Made by a program: the position numbers and the translations under genes
Shown: one piece after another, positions 36,493 to 47,023 of the stretch
Layout: every line of letters starts with the position of its first letter
How positions within the stretch are numbered: position 1 is the stretch's first letter
Notes under the pieces: generated by a model
What the model was told of the DNA's origin: nothing
Databases searched by the model: none
Seen by the model: the letters and a program-made list of their open reading frames with translations, nothing else
Origin: Candidatus Poribacteria bacterium
GTDB taxonomy: Bacteria > Poribacteria > WGA-4E > WGA-3G
Length of the DNA stretch: 64,000 bases
Assembly (NCBI GenBank): GCA_965215265.1
Contig: OZ244048.1
Coordinates: 3,008,001 to 3,072,000, forward strand
Direction: 5' to 3'

Positions 36493-37971
36493 ATGAAAAA
36501 GAAAAATTCCTTGTGTATTTCAGATAAGAAGTGGTTCCGGTTATTTTTTTCTAGAAATCGAACTAGTTCAAGGTTCTCGGTGTTCCTCGGTCAGGACATT
36601 TTTGGCTATACCGTTGGAATTCTGGGGAGTTTGTTAATTGCCATGAACAGTTATGGCGCGGTTACGTCTGTGGGCGAGATTAATGTTGATGGAGAGACGC
36701 AAGGGGTTGTTCCTGCAAGTTCAACGGCTCCACTCGTTGTTACACTTGTGGTTGACCGGTCGCTGGCGGAGCCTGGTGAAGAAATTAAGACAATTGAAAT
36801 TGTAATGCCGGTGGGCTTTCTGACACAAGCGTCCTATTTCAAAGGTATCTCGCGAGACCAGAATCGCCTCGTTGCTAAGCCGGAAGTCTCCGGGAATTCA
36901 CTTCGCGTAGAACTCGCAGATCTCATCGTTGATTTTCAGAATTCGATTTATATAATAACTTTTGACTGCCGGACCCCAAACACACCTATGTTAGAGGCCG
37001 CGTTTAGAGTACGCCTGCGAAACTTACAGGACGGTCCGATCGGTGAATTTATTCGTGCTGGACAGGCAGATAGTAAACTCAACAACGATGACTTTACCTT
37101 ACAAGTGATTCCAAACGTTCCCCCGCCGCCTGTTATCGGTTTTACTGCGGAAGCCGACAAGACCGGGGAAAACGATGTGACGCTGATATGGAAAAAATCA
37201 GCGGATCAGGATGTGAATGGGTATCTCATCTATAGAGATAAGGAATCTCCTATCAACGTTGAGAACCGTTCCTCAACGACGTTTCGCGACATCAACGTCC
37301 TCCAAGGAAGCCATACCTATCAGATCAGTGCTTACAAGACACTCTTATTGCAATCAGAGCGTTCTCCAATACAAACAGTTGATGTCTCTCCGGATACTGC
37401 AGCACCGCAGCCTCCGATGACACTTAGCATTGCCACATCAAACGTAGGGGTTGAACTGACTTGGCCAGCAAGTGTCAGTAGGGACACGCAACGCTACCAA
37501 ATTTTCTTTGGTTCATCAGACGTGCCCCTAAGTCCACTCCCGAACGGCGAAATCACTGAGTCCAAAACCGAATATAAATTTATACATACGCGCCAGTTGT
37601 CCGTGGGGAGTTTCGTCTATGCTGTAGAAGCTATTGACGAAGCAGATAACCGCTCTGCGCCGATAAAAGAAATCCTCCGCATACTTGATGAACCGTATCC
37701 AAATCCGTTTACACCCCTCTCTTCAAACGAAGATTTCAACCGTATCGTCTTTCCTGCCCGGGCTCTTGAAGGGATCGAAGGCGAATTCAAGGTCCTTATC
37801 TTTAACATTAATGGCATGCTAGTAAAAACCTTGACGGCCCTCCCTGGCGAGACGGAACTCATCTGGGATGGCAGGGACGAAACCGAAAACATTGTGGAAA
37901 GCGGCGTGTATGTCTATCAACTCCAAGTCGGTGAGAGTTTCAAAACTGGGACTGTCATTGTTGCAAAATAG
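36493..37971 (+). CDS. Secreted fibronectin-III protein with FlgD-Ig / T9SS C-terminal sorting-like domain
   Basis: FN3-like W...GYLIYR and YAVEAIDEADN segments; C-terminal PYPNPF...IFNINGMLVKTL...WDGRDE...SGVYVYQL. Confidence 0.75.
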   Translation: MKKKNSLCISDKKWFRLFFSRNRTSSRFSVFLGQDIFGYTVGILGSLLIAMNSYGAVTSVGEINVDGETQGVVPASSTAPLVVTLVVDRSLAEPGEEIKTIEIVMPVGFLTQASYFKGISRDQNRLVAKPEVSGNSLRVELADLIVDFQNSIYIITFDCRTPNTPMLEAAFRVRLRNLQDGPIGEFIRAGQADSKLNNDDFTLQVIPNVPPPPVIGFTAEADKTGENDVTLIWKKSADQDVNGYLIYRDKESPINVENRSSTTFRDINVLQGSHTYQISAYKTLLLQSERSPIQTVDVSPDTAAPQPPMTLSIATSNVGVELTWPASVSRDTQRYQIFFGSSDVPLSPLPNGEITESKTEYKFIHTRQLSVGSFVYAVEAIDEADNRSAPIKEILRILDEPYPNPFTPLSSNEDFNRIVFPARALEGIEGEFKVLIFNINGMLVKTLTALPGETELIWDGRDETENIVESGVYVYQLQVGESFKTGTVIVAK

Positions 37972-38160
37972 CCTGAGACACCTCTGACCTCTTTAGGACA
38001 TAGTAAAAAAATTGTTGACTTAATTGTGAGTTCAACACTATACTATAAAGTGGCTATAAATATAACATCCCCATGGGATTCAAAAAAGCATTAATGATAC
38101 CCTAGAAGGGTTGTCACAAAAAGGCGGAGCACCCTCCGCAAAAAAGGAGATTCCATAATA

Positions 38161-39195
38161 ATGAACAGATTCAATGTAAGTCTCACATCAGGTATCACCC
38201 TATTTGTATTTCTCGCATGCCTAACAATTGTTTTACCGGCCTCTGCTGAGTGGGTCATCCTTCAAAAACAAGATCCCGAAATCCGCGATTATATGTCCAT
38301 CGCTTTTACAAGTTCTAACACAGGATGGGCTGTTGGGGTTTCACCTCTTGAGCTCGATAACCCCGGTTTCATTGGCTATACAATGGATGGCGGGAAAACG
38401 TGGAATAAAGCGGAAATTGCTATCAACGCACAGTTGGCAGCAGTCTATTTTTTAGATAAAGAGCACGGGTGGGCAATTGGTGAAAAAGGCGCGATTGCTG
38501 CAACGACTGACGGCAAAAACTGGGAAGTACAAACTAGTAAGGTTGGAAATGGGCTTAAGGGCATTCATTTCGTCAACAAAGACGTTGGCTATGCTGCAGG
38601 CGAAAGCGATACCATCATCGCCACAACAAACGGGGGCCGTTCTTGGAAAGTGCTACAAGGTGGACAGGTTGGGCAGGTTGGAGATGACGACGCAAACATG
38701 TACAATGCTATTCAATTTCTAGACGAATCGACTGGGTGGGTCGCTGGGGTCCGTGTTACGCCTAGTACGCAAGGACAAAGTGCCCTTATCCAGAGAACCG
38801 AGGATGGTGGCAAAAGCTGGGTTACCCAAGAAACAGGAAAAGAGGACATTCTTGAGGATATCTTCTTTCTCGATGCGTACACTGGATGGGCTGTTGGCGA
38901 AAACGGAGTGATTTTACACACAACCAACGGTGGCGAAACGTGGAAAGAGCAGATGAGTGGTACTGAAGAGAAACTTAGGAGTGTCCAGTTTGCGAATGAC
39001 AAGATGGGCATCGCAGTCGGTGGGGACTTGGGAGTCGGTGTCATTCTCCTTACCAATGATGGTGGAGAAACTTGGGAAGCTCAAGACCCGGGAGATCCGA
39101 TGGTTCAAGGATTTCAAATGAACAAAGTTTTTATATTTGAAGGCAAAGATGCCTGGGTAACTGGGGGTAACGGCGTTATCTTACAAATGAAATGA
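38161..39195 (+). CDS. YCF48-related / BNR-repeat beta-propeller protein
   Basis: Repeated GWAVG...TxDGGxTW units, signal peptide. Confidence 0.85.
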   Translation: MNRFNVSLTSGITLFVFLACLTIVLPASAEWVILQKQDPEIRDYMSIAFTSSNTGWAVGVSPLELDNPGFIGYTMDGGKTWNKAEIAINAQLAAVYFLDKEHGWAIGEKGAIAATTDGKNWEVQTSKVGNGLKGIHFVNKDVGYAAGESDTIIATTNGGRSWKVLQGGQVGQVGDDDANMYNAIQFLDESTGWVAGVRVTPSTQGQSALIQRTEDGGKSWVTQETGKEDILEDIFFLDAYTGWAVGENGVILHTTNGGETWKEQMSGTEEKLRSVQFANDKMGIAVGGDLGVGVILLTNDGGETWEAQDPGDPMVQGFQMNKVFIFEGKDAWVTGGNGVILQMK

Positions 39196-39464
39196 TGCAC
39201 TCGTGCGAAACAGCCAAAGGCCGGTTCGTTGGTCGGAGGGACACAAAAAGGTGCACGCGAAACTGGCAGCATCGCTAACACGTACAAAAATCTTTTGATA
39301 AGTGGCAAAATGGTTCAAGCGAGAGCAGCGCGGCAATAGAATGGTTGCCCTTAACTCAATGTTCAACTGGCCGCTATCGTTCAAGTGAGAGCATGCCGGC
39401 AATAGCGTGTCCCGTCTATGCGGAACCCCCGGTTTCGAATCAGTGATGTAATAGGAGGTAAATT

Positions 39465-40679
39465 TTGGAAACACCTACAGCTGGATTAGGAAAGGAATCT
39501 TCGACAGTTCTGATGCCTCAATTTGCTGCCCGGATGGATCGTTTAGGAACAGAATCAGCATTTGAGGTGCTCGCGAAGGCAAAAGGGTTAGAAGCAGAAG
39601 GTAGAGACATCATTCACCTGGAAATTGGACAGCCTGATTTTCCAACTCCGATGAATATCTGTGAAGCGGCATTCAAGGCGATGAAGGATGGGCACACTGG
39701 ATACGGTCCCTCTGCAGGTTTACCCGAATTTCGCGAAGTGACTGCACATCATATCACAGAAACCCGGGGTGTTTCCATCCATCCGGATGAGGTAACCGTC
39801 ACGCCCGGTGCGAAACCGATCATTTTTTTCACCATTTTGGCTTTAATTGATGAGGGCGATGAAGTTATCTATCCGGAACCCGGTTTTCCGGTTTATGAAT
39901 CGGTTATAGATTTCATCGGTGGAAAAGCGGTGCCCCTTCTGCTTCGCGAAGAAGTCGACTTCCGGTTTCGAATTGATGATTTAGAGTCGGCTATATCGCC
40001 TCGGACGAAGCTGCTGATTCTCAACTCACCGCAGAATCCTACAGGTGGAACACTGACGGAGGGAGACCTGGATGCAATCGCTGAACTTGCTCAGAAACAC
40101 AATTTTTATGTCCTGACGGATGAAGTCTATTCACGTATTCTCTATGAAGGCAATCATTTAAGCGTTTTGAGTCTTCCGGGTATGAAAGAACGGACTATCC
40201 TGATTGAAGGCCACTCCAAAACCTATGCTATGACAGGATGGCGTTTAGGGTACGGAGTTGCGCCTCGGGATATAGCCGACAAAATCACGCAACTCACGAT
40301 TAATTCTAATTCTTGCACAGCAACCTTCACACAAATTGCTGGCATAGAAGCACTCACAGGTCCGCAAGACTCGGTGCAGGAGATGGTGACGGAATTTCGG
40401 AGAAGGCGCGATGGCATTGTAGATGGATTGAACACGATTGAAGGGATCAGCTGTCTTAAACCGCTCGGTTCATTCTACGTATTCCCGAATGTGCAGCCGT
40501 TGCCGGTAGGGTGTGAAACCCTCGCGGATTATCTGTTAGATGAAGCAGGTGTGGCGCTGTTACCGGGTACGTCCTTCGGTAAATATGGCGATGGCTATCT
40601 CAGGCTCTCGTATGCGAATTCGTTAGAAAACATCGATGAAGCGCTGCACCGAATGGCAACTGCCATTGCAAAGTTATAA
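39465..40679 (+). CDS. Class I/II PLP aminotransferase (aspartate aminotransferase-like)
   Basis: GQPDF, NSPQNPTG, DEVY, SKTYAMTGWRLG. Confidence 0.9.
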   Translation: METPTAGLGKESSTVLMPQFAARMDRLGTESAFEVLAKAKGLEAEGRDIIHLEIGQPDFPTPMNICEAAFKAMKDGHTGYGPSAGLPEFREVTAHHITETRGVSIHPDEVTVTPGAKPIIFFTILALIDEGDEVIYPEPGFPVYESVIDFIGGKAVPLLLREEVDFRFRIDDLESAISPRTKLLILNSPQNPTGGTLTEGDLDAIAELAQKHNFYVLTDEVYSRILYEGNHLSVLSLPGMKERTILIEGHSKTYAMTGWRLGYGVAPRDIADKITQLTINSNSCTATFTQIAGIEALTGPQDSVQEMVTEFRRRRDGIVDGLNTIEGISCLKPLGSFYVFPNVQPLPVGCETLADYLLDEAGVALLPGTSFGKYGDGYLRLSYANSLENIDEALHRMATAIAKL

Positions 40680-40746
40680 GGTATCTCTGGTTTGATTAGG
40701 GCAGAGGGATTTTCTGCATAGCATTGATGAAAAAAGGAATATTTTT

Positions 40747-41664
40747 ATGCATCGCAAAGCGATGGCGCGAATTCCTGCTAGCACAACCAACCTCGGTCCC
40801 GGTTTTGATGTGCTTGGAATGGCCCTTCAACTTTATAGCACGGTCAGCTTGGAACTGACAGAGACTGCCGGCACTGAAGTCGTCATTAGCGGTGTAGACG
40901 TTGATAAAATTCCGAGCACTCCGGAACACGTTGCAGTTCAGGCGGTTGAGCTCGTTCTCAAGCGTGGGGAGGCGAAAAGTTACTCAGGCTTAAAAGTGTA
41001 TATAGAAAATGGAATCCCTGCGATTCGGGGGTTGGGCGGCAGTGGTACAGCGATTCTAGGCGGTTTGTTAACAGCAAATGGATTGTGTGAGACAGAATTT
41101 ACGCGAGCTGAATTACTCAATTTCGCGACAGAATTGGAGGGGCATCCGGATAACGTTGCGGCTTCTTTGTACGGCGGTCTAGTTGTATCCGCCCAAGAAG
41201 GTGCGAAAGTCTACACGGTTCAAGTGGAGTGCCCGGCTGAACTGTATGTTGTGCTTGCTATTCCGGACTTCCCGCTTCCAACACAAAAAGCGCGGGGTGT
41301 GTTACCAATTTCGGTTGAATTCTCGGATGCTATTTACAATGCCAGCCGTAGTTCATTGTTGGTTGCCTGCCTCGCCTCTGGGAAATTGGATATGCTATCA
41401 ATAGCCATGAAAGACCGGTTGCACCAGCCCTATCGCGCTGCACTGATTCCAGGATTTGATGCGGTGGCTGAAGCGGCATTGGAGTTCGGGGCGCTCAGCG
41501 TTGCGCTGAGCGGTGCAGGACCGACTGTAGCAGCGTATTGTTTCAAGCAGAATTCAGAACAGATAGCAGCACAGATGCAAGCTGCTTTCAGGGACCATCA
41601 GATTCAATGCGATACGATGATTTTGCAGCCAGACAGAAACGGAGCAACCGTCTCTTTTGCATGA
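40747..41664 (+). CDS. thrB: Homoserine kinase
   Basis: PASTTNLGPGFD, RGLGGSG, EGHPDNVA, LHQPYR, SGAGPT. Confidence 0.9.
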   Translation: MHRKAMARIPASTTNLGPGFDVLGMALQLYSTVSLELTETAGTEVVISGVDVDKIPSTPEHVAVQAVELVLKRGEAKSYSGLKVYIENGIPAIRGLGGSGTAILGGLLTANGLCETEFTRAELLNFATELEGHPDNVAASLYGGLVVSAQEGAKVYTVQVECPAELYVVLAIPDFPLPTQKARGVLPISVEFSDAIYNASRSSLLVACLASGKLDMLSIAMKDRLHQPYRAALIPGFDAVAEAALEFGALSVALSGAGPTVAAYCFKQNSEQIAAQMQAAFRDHQIQCDTMILQPDRNGATVSFA

Positions 41665-41792
41665 TTCTGAGCCTTGCAACCCTATATCACATATTATGAG
41701 TTTGTAGTTCGAATTAACATTGCTACTTATAGACGGGTTGGAAAAACGAGCAGTGTTCCAATAGAATAAGAAAGTAACGGTATAAAGAATCG

Positions 41793-44612
41793 ATGTCAGA
41801 ATTTTACGCGAGTAGCATTTCATCCATATTGAATCAATTTAACACCGATTTGAATCAAGGTTTGAGTATAGAAGCTTCACATAAAGCGAGAGCGCAGCAC
41901 GGGAAAAACGAGTTTGATTCCGATGCAAGCACGTTAGAGGTGGGTGAACTTCTAAAGCGGATGTTCAGTTGGCAAGTGATTGTACTCGCGCTTGCAGTTG
42001 CTGCGTTAATTGTGCCGTTCAGCGTTCAGAATAACGACGTTCCGGTACAATCGATAGGTGTCATTGGTGCGATTCTCCTTCTGCATATAGTTTGGACGTG
42101 CATTACTGAATTCCGAATTCACCGTTGTACAAAGCAGATTCAGGAGCATTTAACCTTCAATATCCAGGTTATTCGGCAAGGTAAACGTGAACAATGCACG
42201 CCTCAGGATATCGTCCCAGGCGACTTGATCTCCTTTAGCACTGGTGACTACATCCCTGCTGATGCCAGAATCGTTTCAGCATCAGAACTCATGATTGATG
42301 AATCGGCTTTATTCGGTACTGACGGGGTGATGCAAAAAACGTCTGACGATATTGAGTCCAATCCTCGAGTAGATACTGAGAAAGCAAGCAGAGATAAAGA
42401 AAAGACTGCGGCGAGACTTCCGCCGGAAAAGCAGACAAACATGGTATTTGGGGGAACGTATGTAGAAGCAGGCAAGGGGGAGGCAATCGTTGTACGGACA
42501 GGGAAACGGACGGAATTTTGGAAAAATCGTAGGAACGTTACTACGTTTACAGCAGTAAGAACTTTCGCTGAAAGTGAAATAAATTCTTTACACGATGTTC
42601 TGAAAGTAACAGGAATAGTTATGGCAGCATTGGCTGTTGCGATTGCATGGTGGTTTGGGTATCAGAGCTCTACTGGGCAACTTCCATCAACGGACTGGCA
42701 AATGCTGCTAAACCTCGGTGTGCTCTTCATTCTTGCCTCAGCACCACAAGATGCAGTAACTCTACTTCGGTTGACGTTCGCCCAACATGCAAAAAAACTC
42801 TTGAAAAAAGGAGTTGCGCTTCGGAATCCACGGCATATTGAAAAATTAAGCCGCATTACGACTTTTTGTGCGAATGAGAATGGCCTCTCTACGACAGGTT
42901 CTCTCTCACTATCTTCTATGTTCGTGGATGAACAGATTGTTGAAAGCAGCAAGTGGAAGGCATGGTTGCGCTCGCTCCAAAATCTATCTGATGAGCAAAA
43001 GAAGAAAGCCGTAAATGAAATGCCCCCCGATTCCGCAATTCCACCAGGTTCAGCAGGATTAGTGTTAGCAGCTGCACTTGCTACATCAGTTCTGCCAGAT
43101 GAAAACAGCAACGGGGCTGATTCCAGCGTGCAGCAGGCAATTAAAAAAGATATACGTAACCTTGGCTACCGACTTCAGGAATTACAAACTGATTTCCCGC
43201 TTATCAATGAATATCCTTGCACACCTAGCTTCGGGTATCAGATGGCGGTTTTTGAAACGGGCACACAGAGTTACCATAATATAATTTTTGGAGACGCGGA
43301 GAAGGTTCTTGACACATGTGCCTTTGCACTCATAGAAGGCGAAATAACTGACCTGCAAGAGGATCAGTATTATCAGTACCGTGATGTTATCAAATACCTT
43401 CGCAGCACAAAAATCCAGGTTTATGGTGTTGCCTCTCAAATTTCAGAGGTTACGTTGACACCTCCGGAGGTAGATGCTTCAACCTTTTTAGGCTTTATCG
43501 CGTTTTCTAGGACCAAGGACGAGGAAACAAAAACTGTTGTGAAGTCAAGTCTCGAAACGGGACTCAAAATTATCCTGATTACAGACAGTAATGAACAACG
43601 TACAGTCGATGTTGCCAAAGAACTCGGACTTATTCATACCCGGAAAGCTGTTGCCTCCGGAGAAGCGCTTGAACCGCTAACGCGTGAACAACTTGACGAG
43701 AGGACCTCTCAGTGTTTAGCCTATTCAAATCCAAGCCGGGAACAGCGGCGAGATATCGTTGTCAGTTTGAAAAGCCACGGCCATTTTGTCGGTTTTTTAG
43801 GGCAGGACGGCACAGATCTGCGCGCAATGTCAGCAGCCGATATTGCTTTTGCGAACGGTAACGACGCATCACACTTGGTGCAAATACATAGCGACGGACT
43901 GATATACAAAAGAGGGTTCCGGGCACTCAGAGATAGTCTGCTTCATGCGAGGGAAGCTTATCGGAACCTCGCTAGCTCAGTAAGGTGGGGTGTTTCCTGT
44001 ACGCTCTCGCTGTTGCTCACTCTGGTTTTTGGTACAATTCTCAGTTATACCTATAAACTGCCTATGCCGTTGACGTTAGTCCAAGTTGCATGGGTACAAT
44101 TTCTCGTCAGCGTACTTCTAGCATTGGGTGCGGGGTGCGAACACATATTTTTGAATGAAAGACAGCACCGGCCGGTGATGTTTTCGCGATCGAGATTTTT
44201 CTCAAAAACAGCGGGGTTAGACATCATTTGCCGGGCTCTGACTATCAGTTTGATAGCACTTATTCCGTTTTTCCTCATGCTATGGCGCTCAGACTTGACG
44301 GATTCAGATATTGCTGTTGCCCGGACATCGGTTTGCACGACGCTTATTTTCACGCAATTGGCATCCTGCTGGCAAGCATTGCGGTATCCTTGGGAATCGC
44401 TTTTTCAAAGGATCTTTGCCAATACAAGGCTGTTTATTGTCTTCTTTGTTGTTATTGGTCTCCATCTCACAGCACTTTATGTTGAACCGATAACTCAATT
44501 TTTGGAGTTGGCACCGCTCGGATGGGAATGGCAATGGACTCTTCTTTTTAGTCTCGGCTTATTCTTGCTGCCTTTAAATTTGGCGATTAATTCGCGGCCT
44601 GAATTTGACTAA
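41793..44612 (+). CDS. P-type ATPase homologue (Ca2+/P2A-like) with degenerate catalytic motifs
   Basis: IVPGDL, IPADAR, NMVFGGT, PLTLVQ and overall TM layout are retained; DKTGT, TGES, TGD and GDGxND are absent. Confidence 0.75.
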   Translation: MSEFYASSISSILNQFNTDLNQGLSIEASHKARAQHGKNEFDSDASTLEVGELLKRMFSWQVIVLALAVAALIVPFSVQNNDVPVQSIGVIGAILLLHIVWTCITEFRIHRCTKQIQEHLTFNIQVIRQGKREQCTPQDIVPGDLISFSTGDYIPADARIVSASELMIDESALFGTDGVMQKTSDDIESNPRVDTEKASRDKEKTAARLPPEKQTNMVFGGTYVEAGKGEAIVVRTGKRTEFWKNRRNVTTFTAVRTFAESEINSLHDVLKVTGIVMAALAVAIAWWFGYQSSTGQLPSTDWQMLLNLGVLFILASAPQDAVTLLRLTFAQHAKKLLKKGVALRNPRHIEKLSRITTFCANENGLSTTGSLSLSSMFVDEQIVESSKWKAWLRSLQNLSDEQKKKAVNEMPPDSAIPPGSAGLVLAAALATSVLPDENSNGADSSVQQAIKKDIRNLGYRLQELQTDFPLINEYPCTPSFGYQMAVFETGTQSYHNIIFGDAEKVLDTCAFALIEGEITDLQEDQYYQYRDVIKYLRSTKIQVYGVASQISEVTLTPPEVDASTFLGFIAFSRTKDEETKTVVKSSLETGLKIILITDSNEQRTVDVAKELGLIHTRKAVASGEALEPLTREQLDERTSQCLAYSNPSREQRRDIVVSLKSHGHFVGFLGQDGTDLRAMSAADIAFANGNDASHLVQIHSDGLIYKRGFRALRDSLLHAREAYRNLASSVRWGVSCTLSLLLTLVFGTILSYTYKLPMPLTLVQVAWVQFLVSVLLALGAGCEHIFLNERQHRPVMFSRSRFFSKTAGLDIICRALTISLIALIPFFLMLWRSDLTDSDIAVARTSVCTTLIFTQLASCWQALRYPWESLFQRIFANTRLFIVFFVVIGLHLTALYVEPITQFLELAPLGWEWQWTLLFSLGLFLLPLNLAINSRPEFD

Positions 44613-46570
44613 ACCCAAAAACCGTAAGTGGGTATCCCTGCTATTATTCCGATAATTGTCCAAACGCTGCCTACTGTAAATTCACCCAAGATCAGTCCTA
44701 AAAAGAATGGTGCTATTTTTCTATGGCGGACGACACCTCCATATTGAAGAATTAGCCATTTGATGAGCCAACTCATGAAAAGGCAGCTCCACGTTACATT
44801 CATCCCCCAACTGGTGGAAATTGCAAACCCGGCTGGATGAAATGGCCACCACACAAACCGCATCCGAAAAAACATTAACACGGTCGTCAATAGAAAACCG
44901 AGCCCCATAAACCCGCTTTCAGCAATAAGTGTCTCTTCCGGAGCCTGCAGCCATCCCGTAAGTCTGCGATAAGGTTCTATTCCGAAAGCACTGAGAGATG
45001 GCCAATAGGCGCGCACCTCCATCCCCAACCGATAACCCCGGTCTATTAATGCCCAAAATCCGGCGAGTGAACCTAAGATTGTGGCAAGCGTCAAGGCGAA
45101 AATAATCCGGTGCATGGTCATATTGGTCCGTTCCATTATCTTAAACCCCTCCAACTGATGTGGCATCGGATGACTTCGGTATGCGCGATTGATGAACCAA
45201 AACATTGAGAACATGACCAGGTTGCCTCTACCCAAACGCCGGGTGCCAACCGTCCGGGTCAGAATTTCGTCCGGGCCGGAATAGTGCAAATCATGAACCG
45301 GGGTGCCTAACTCCGCACGCATTCGCGTCACGGCAATAGAAATCATATAGTAGATAACAAAAAAAACGAACATCACCCACAACTCGGCACCACCATAATA
45401 ACAGAACAGCACGAGCAGCACCATGACTACGATGAGACTAAGCATCGCAGCGCGATAGGACATCGGTTCTTCTCTTACGGCAGTAGTCCGCGATTCGGTA
45501 TCCAAACCGAAGACGGTTTTTGCAACGTGCAAAAGATGCCGGCGGCTTGCCCATATTGCCAAGACACACAAAGCGAGATAGCCGCCCGAGGCTTGTTCGT
45601 TCATATACGGGAAGCGAGGGAGACTCCGCATCCCAATTGCAGCACCCACAACACGCATCAAACGCCAGTACCAGAAAAAGAACCAACACGAAAAGGATAA
45701 GTCTAGTGGAATAAAGAAACCGAGCCCTATTGCAAATGGATAGAGTGAAAATGGAATTCTACCCATCGCATTCCAGGGGGTGTCTGTAAAAATCTGGAAA
45801 CTTCGGATCCGCGTTCGAAATTCAGGTAAGATCGGATATAGGAAATTCAATCCGTTCCACAAGACGAGCCCGCCGGCGATTCCGAAGCCTATCCACATCA
45901 ACCGGTTCCGGAAAAAATGATTCTGCTCTGTTTCTGTTAACTGAAGGGGCAGTTGAATGATAGGATAACTCAGTTTTTCATGTTCAATCCACTGCTTCCG
46001 GACAATTATATTGATGCAAAGCATACCGAAAATCAACACAGTAATGAAGGCTGTCCACCATAGTACTGCTGGTGCCCATCCTAGCAGAGTCTCTGTCGTA
46101 TAAAGCGGTAAGTCACCTTCATAATAACCTTGTAACAGGCGGCTATCGCTAACCGTTAGCCACTTAGGGAGAAACGGAACAAACAGTTGTTGCCATTCAT
46201 TTTCAGGCGTTGCAAACCGGAATGCATGCCCTAACATCGGGACCAAAATTTCAAGCATGTCATGCCCGGTAATCCCGGAGGCAATAGAGAGCATGAGGTA
46301 AACGATAACCAATTCGCTTTGTGCCAAAGCCAGCCCTGGCATGAAACGCCGCAGTAATTGATTTGCACCGATAACCAGAAATAAACTAAAAATGACATTG
46401 AAAAAGAGGGAAATCGTCACCGGATGCCCTGAGTACCGGATAACCTCCATTTCAATTACCCAATAGCAATTAAGGGGAATCAAGAGAACAGCAATCAGGA
46501 TGGATTTGAGTGTAACCCCGTGTGTCGGGATTCGCGAAGATGTTAACGATGACGGATTGCGAGACTTCAT
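44609..46570 (-). CDS. Polytopic membrane protein (DUF6785/DUF6784-like, possible transporter)
   Basis: Many TM segments, RKQWIEHEKLSYPI, WWPFHPAG, PFFLGLILGE. Confidence 0.65.
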   Translation of the reverse strand: MKSRNPSSLTSSRIPTHGVTLKSILIAVLLIPLNCYWVIEMEVIRYSGHPVTISLFFNVIFSLFLVIGANQLLRRFMPGLALAQSELVIVYLMLSIASGITGHDMLEILVPMLGHAFRFATPENEWQQLFVPFLPKWLTVSDSRLLQGYYEGDLPLYTTETLLGWAPAVLWWTAFITVLIFGMLCINIIVRKQWIEHEKLSYPIIQLPLQLTETEQNHFFRNRLMWIGFGIAGGLVLWNGLNFLYPILPEFRTRIRSFQIFTDTPWNAMGRIPFSLYPFAIGLGFFIPLDLSFSCWFFFWYWRLMRVVGAAIGMRSLPRFPYMNEQASGGYLALCVLAIWASRRHLLHVAKTVFGLDTESRTTAVREEPMSYRAAMLSLIVVMVLLVLFCYYGGAELWVMFVFFVIYYMISIAVTRMRAELGTPVHDLHYSGPDEILTRTVGTRRLGRGNLVMFSMFWFINRAYRSHPMPHQLEGFKIMERTNMTMHRIIFALTLATILGSLAGFWALIDRGYRLGMEVRAYWPSLSAFGIEPYRRLTGWLQAPEETLIAESGFMGLGFLLTTVLMFFRMRFVWWPFHPAGFAISTSWGMNVTWSCLFMSWLIKWLILQYGGVVRHRKIAPFFLGLILGEFTVGSVWTIIGIIAGIPTYGFWV

Positions 46571-47023
46571 ATTTTTTGTCTGGCTCAGTCTATAAAAGCA
46601 GCCTGGTTTTTGTCAGATGTAAGGCTGTGCAAATCTCAATAGTTAGTCAGAACTTCCTTCTCGCTTTATACAGTTAAAGTAGTATTTCAAAAGTTTATCA
46701 TAATCCTCAAGTTTTGTCAATACCTGAGTCTGTGTTTTTCCTGCCCGGGTTCACCAACTGCATCCAAAATTGTGAAAAAGAAACAACACTTCCACCTCCA
46801 TATAAAAACAGCAGACATGGAGGGTTAGACATGACGTAGTAAAGTGGCATTCTCCTGCTTGTCGGATATATTGATGCTTTACCGTTTGGCAGGTTTAGTT
46901 AAATACTGTCCATCTCCTACAAAAAACATTTGTTTCATGCTATAATAAACGTTAGCAATGTGGAAGTGCGGTTCAATTTTGATTGTGCTGGCTTTATTTG
47001 CACACGTTGCTCAGGATATTTTC

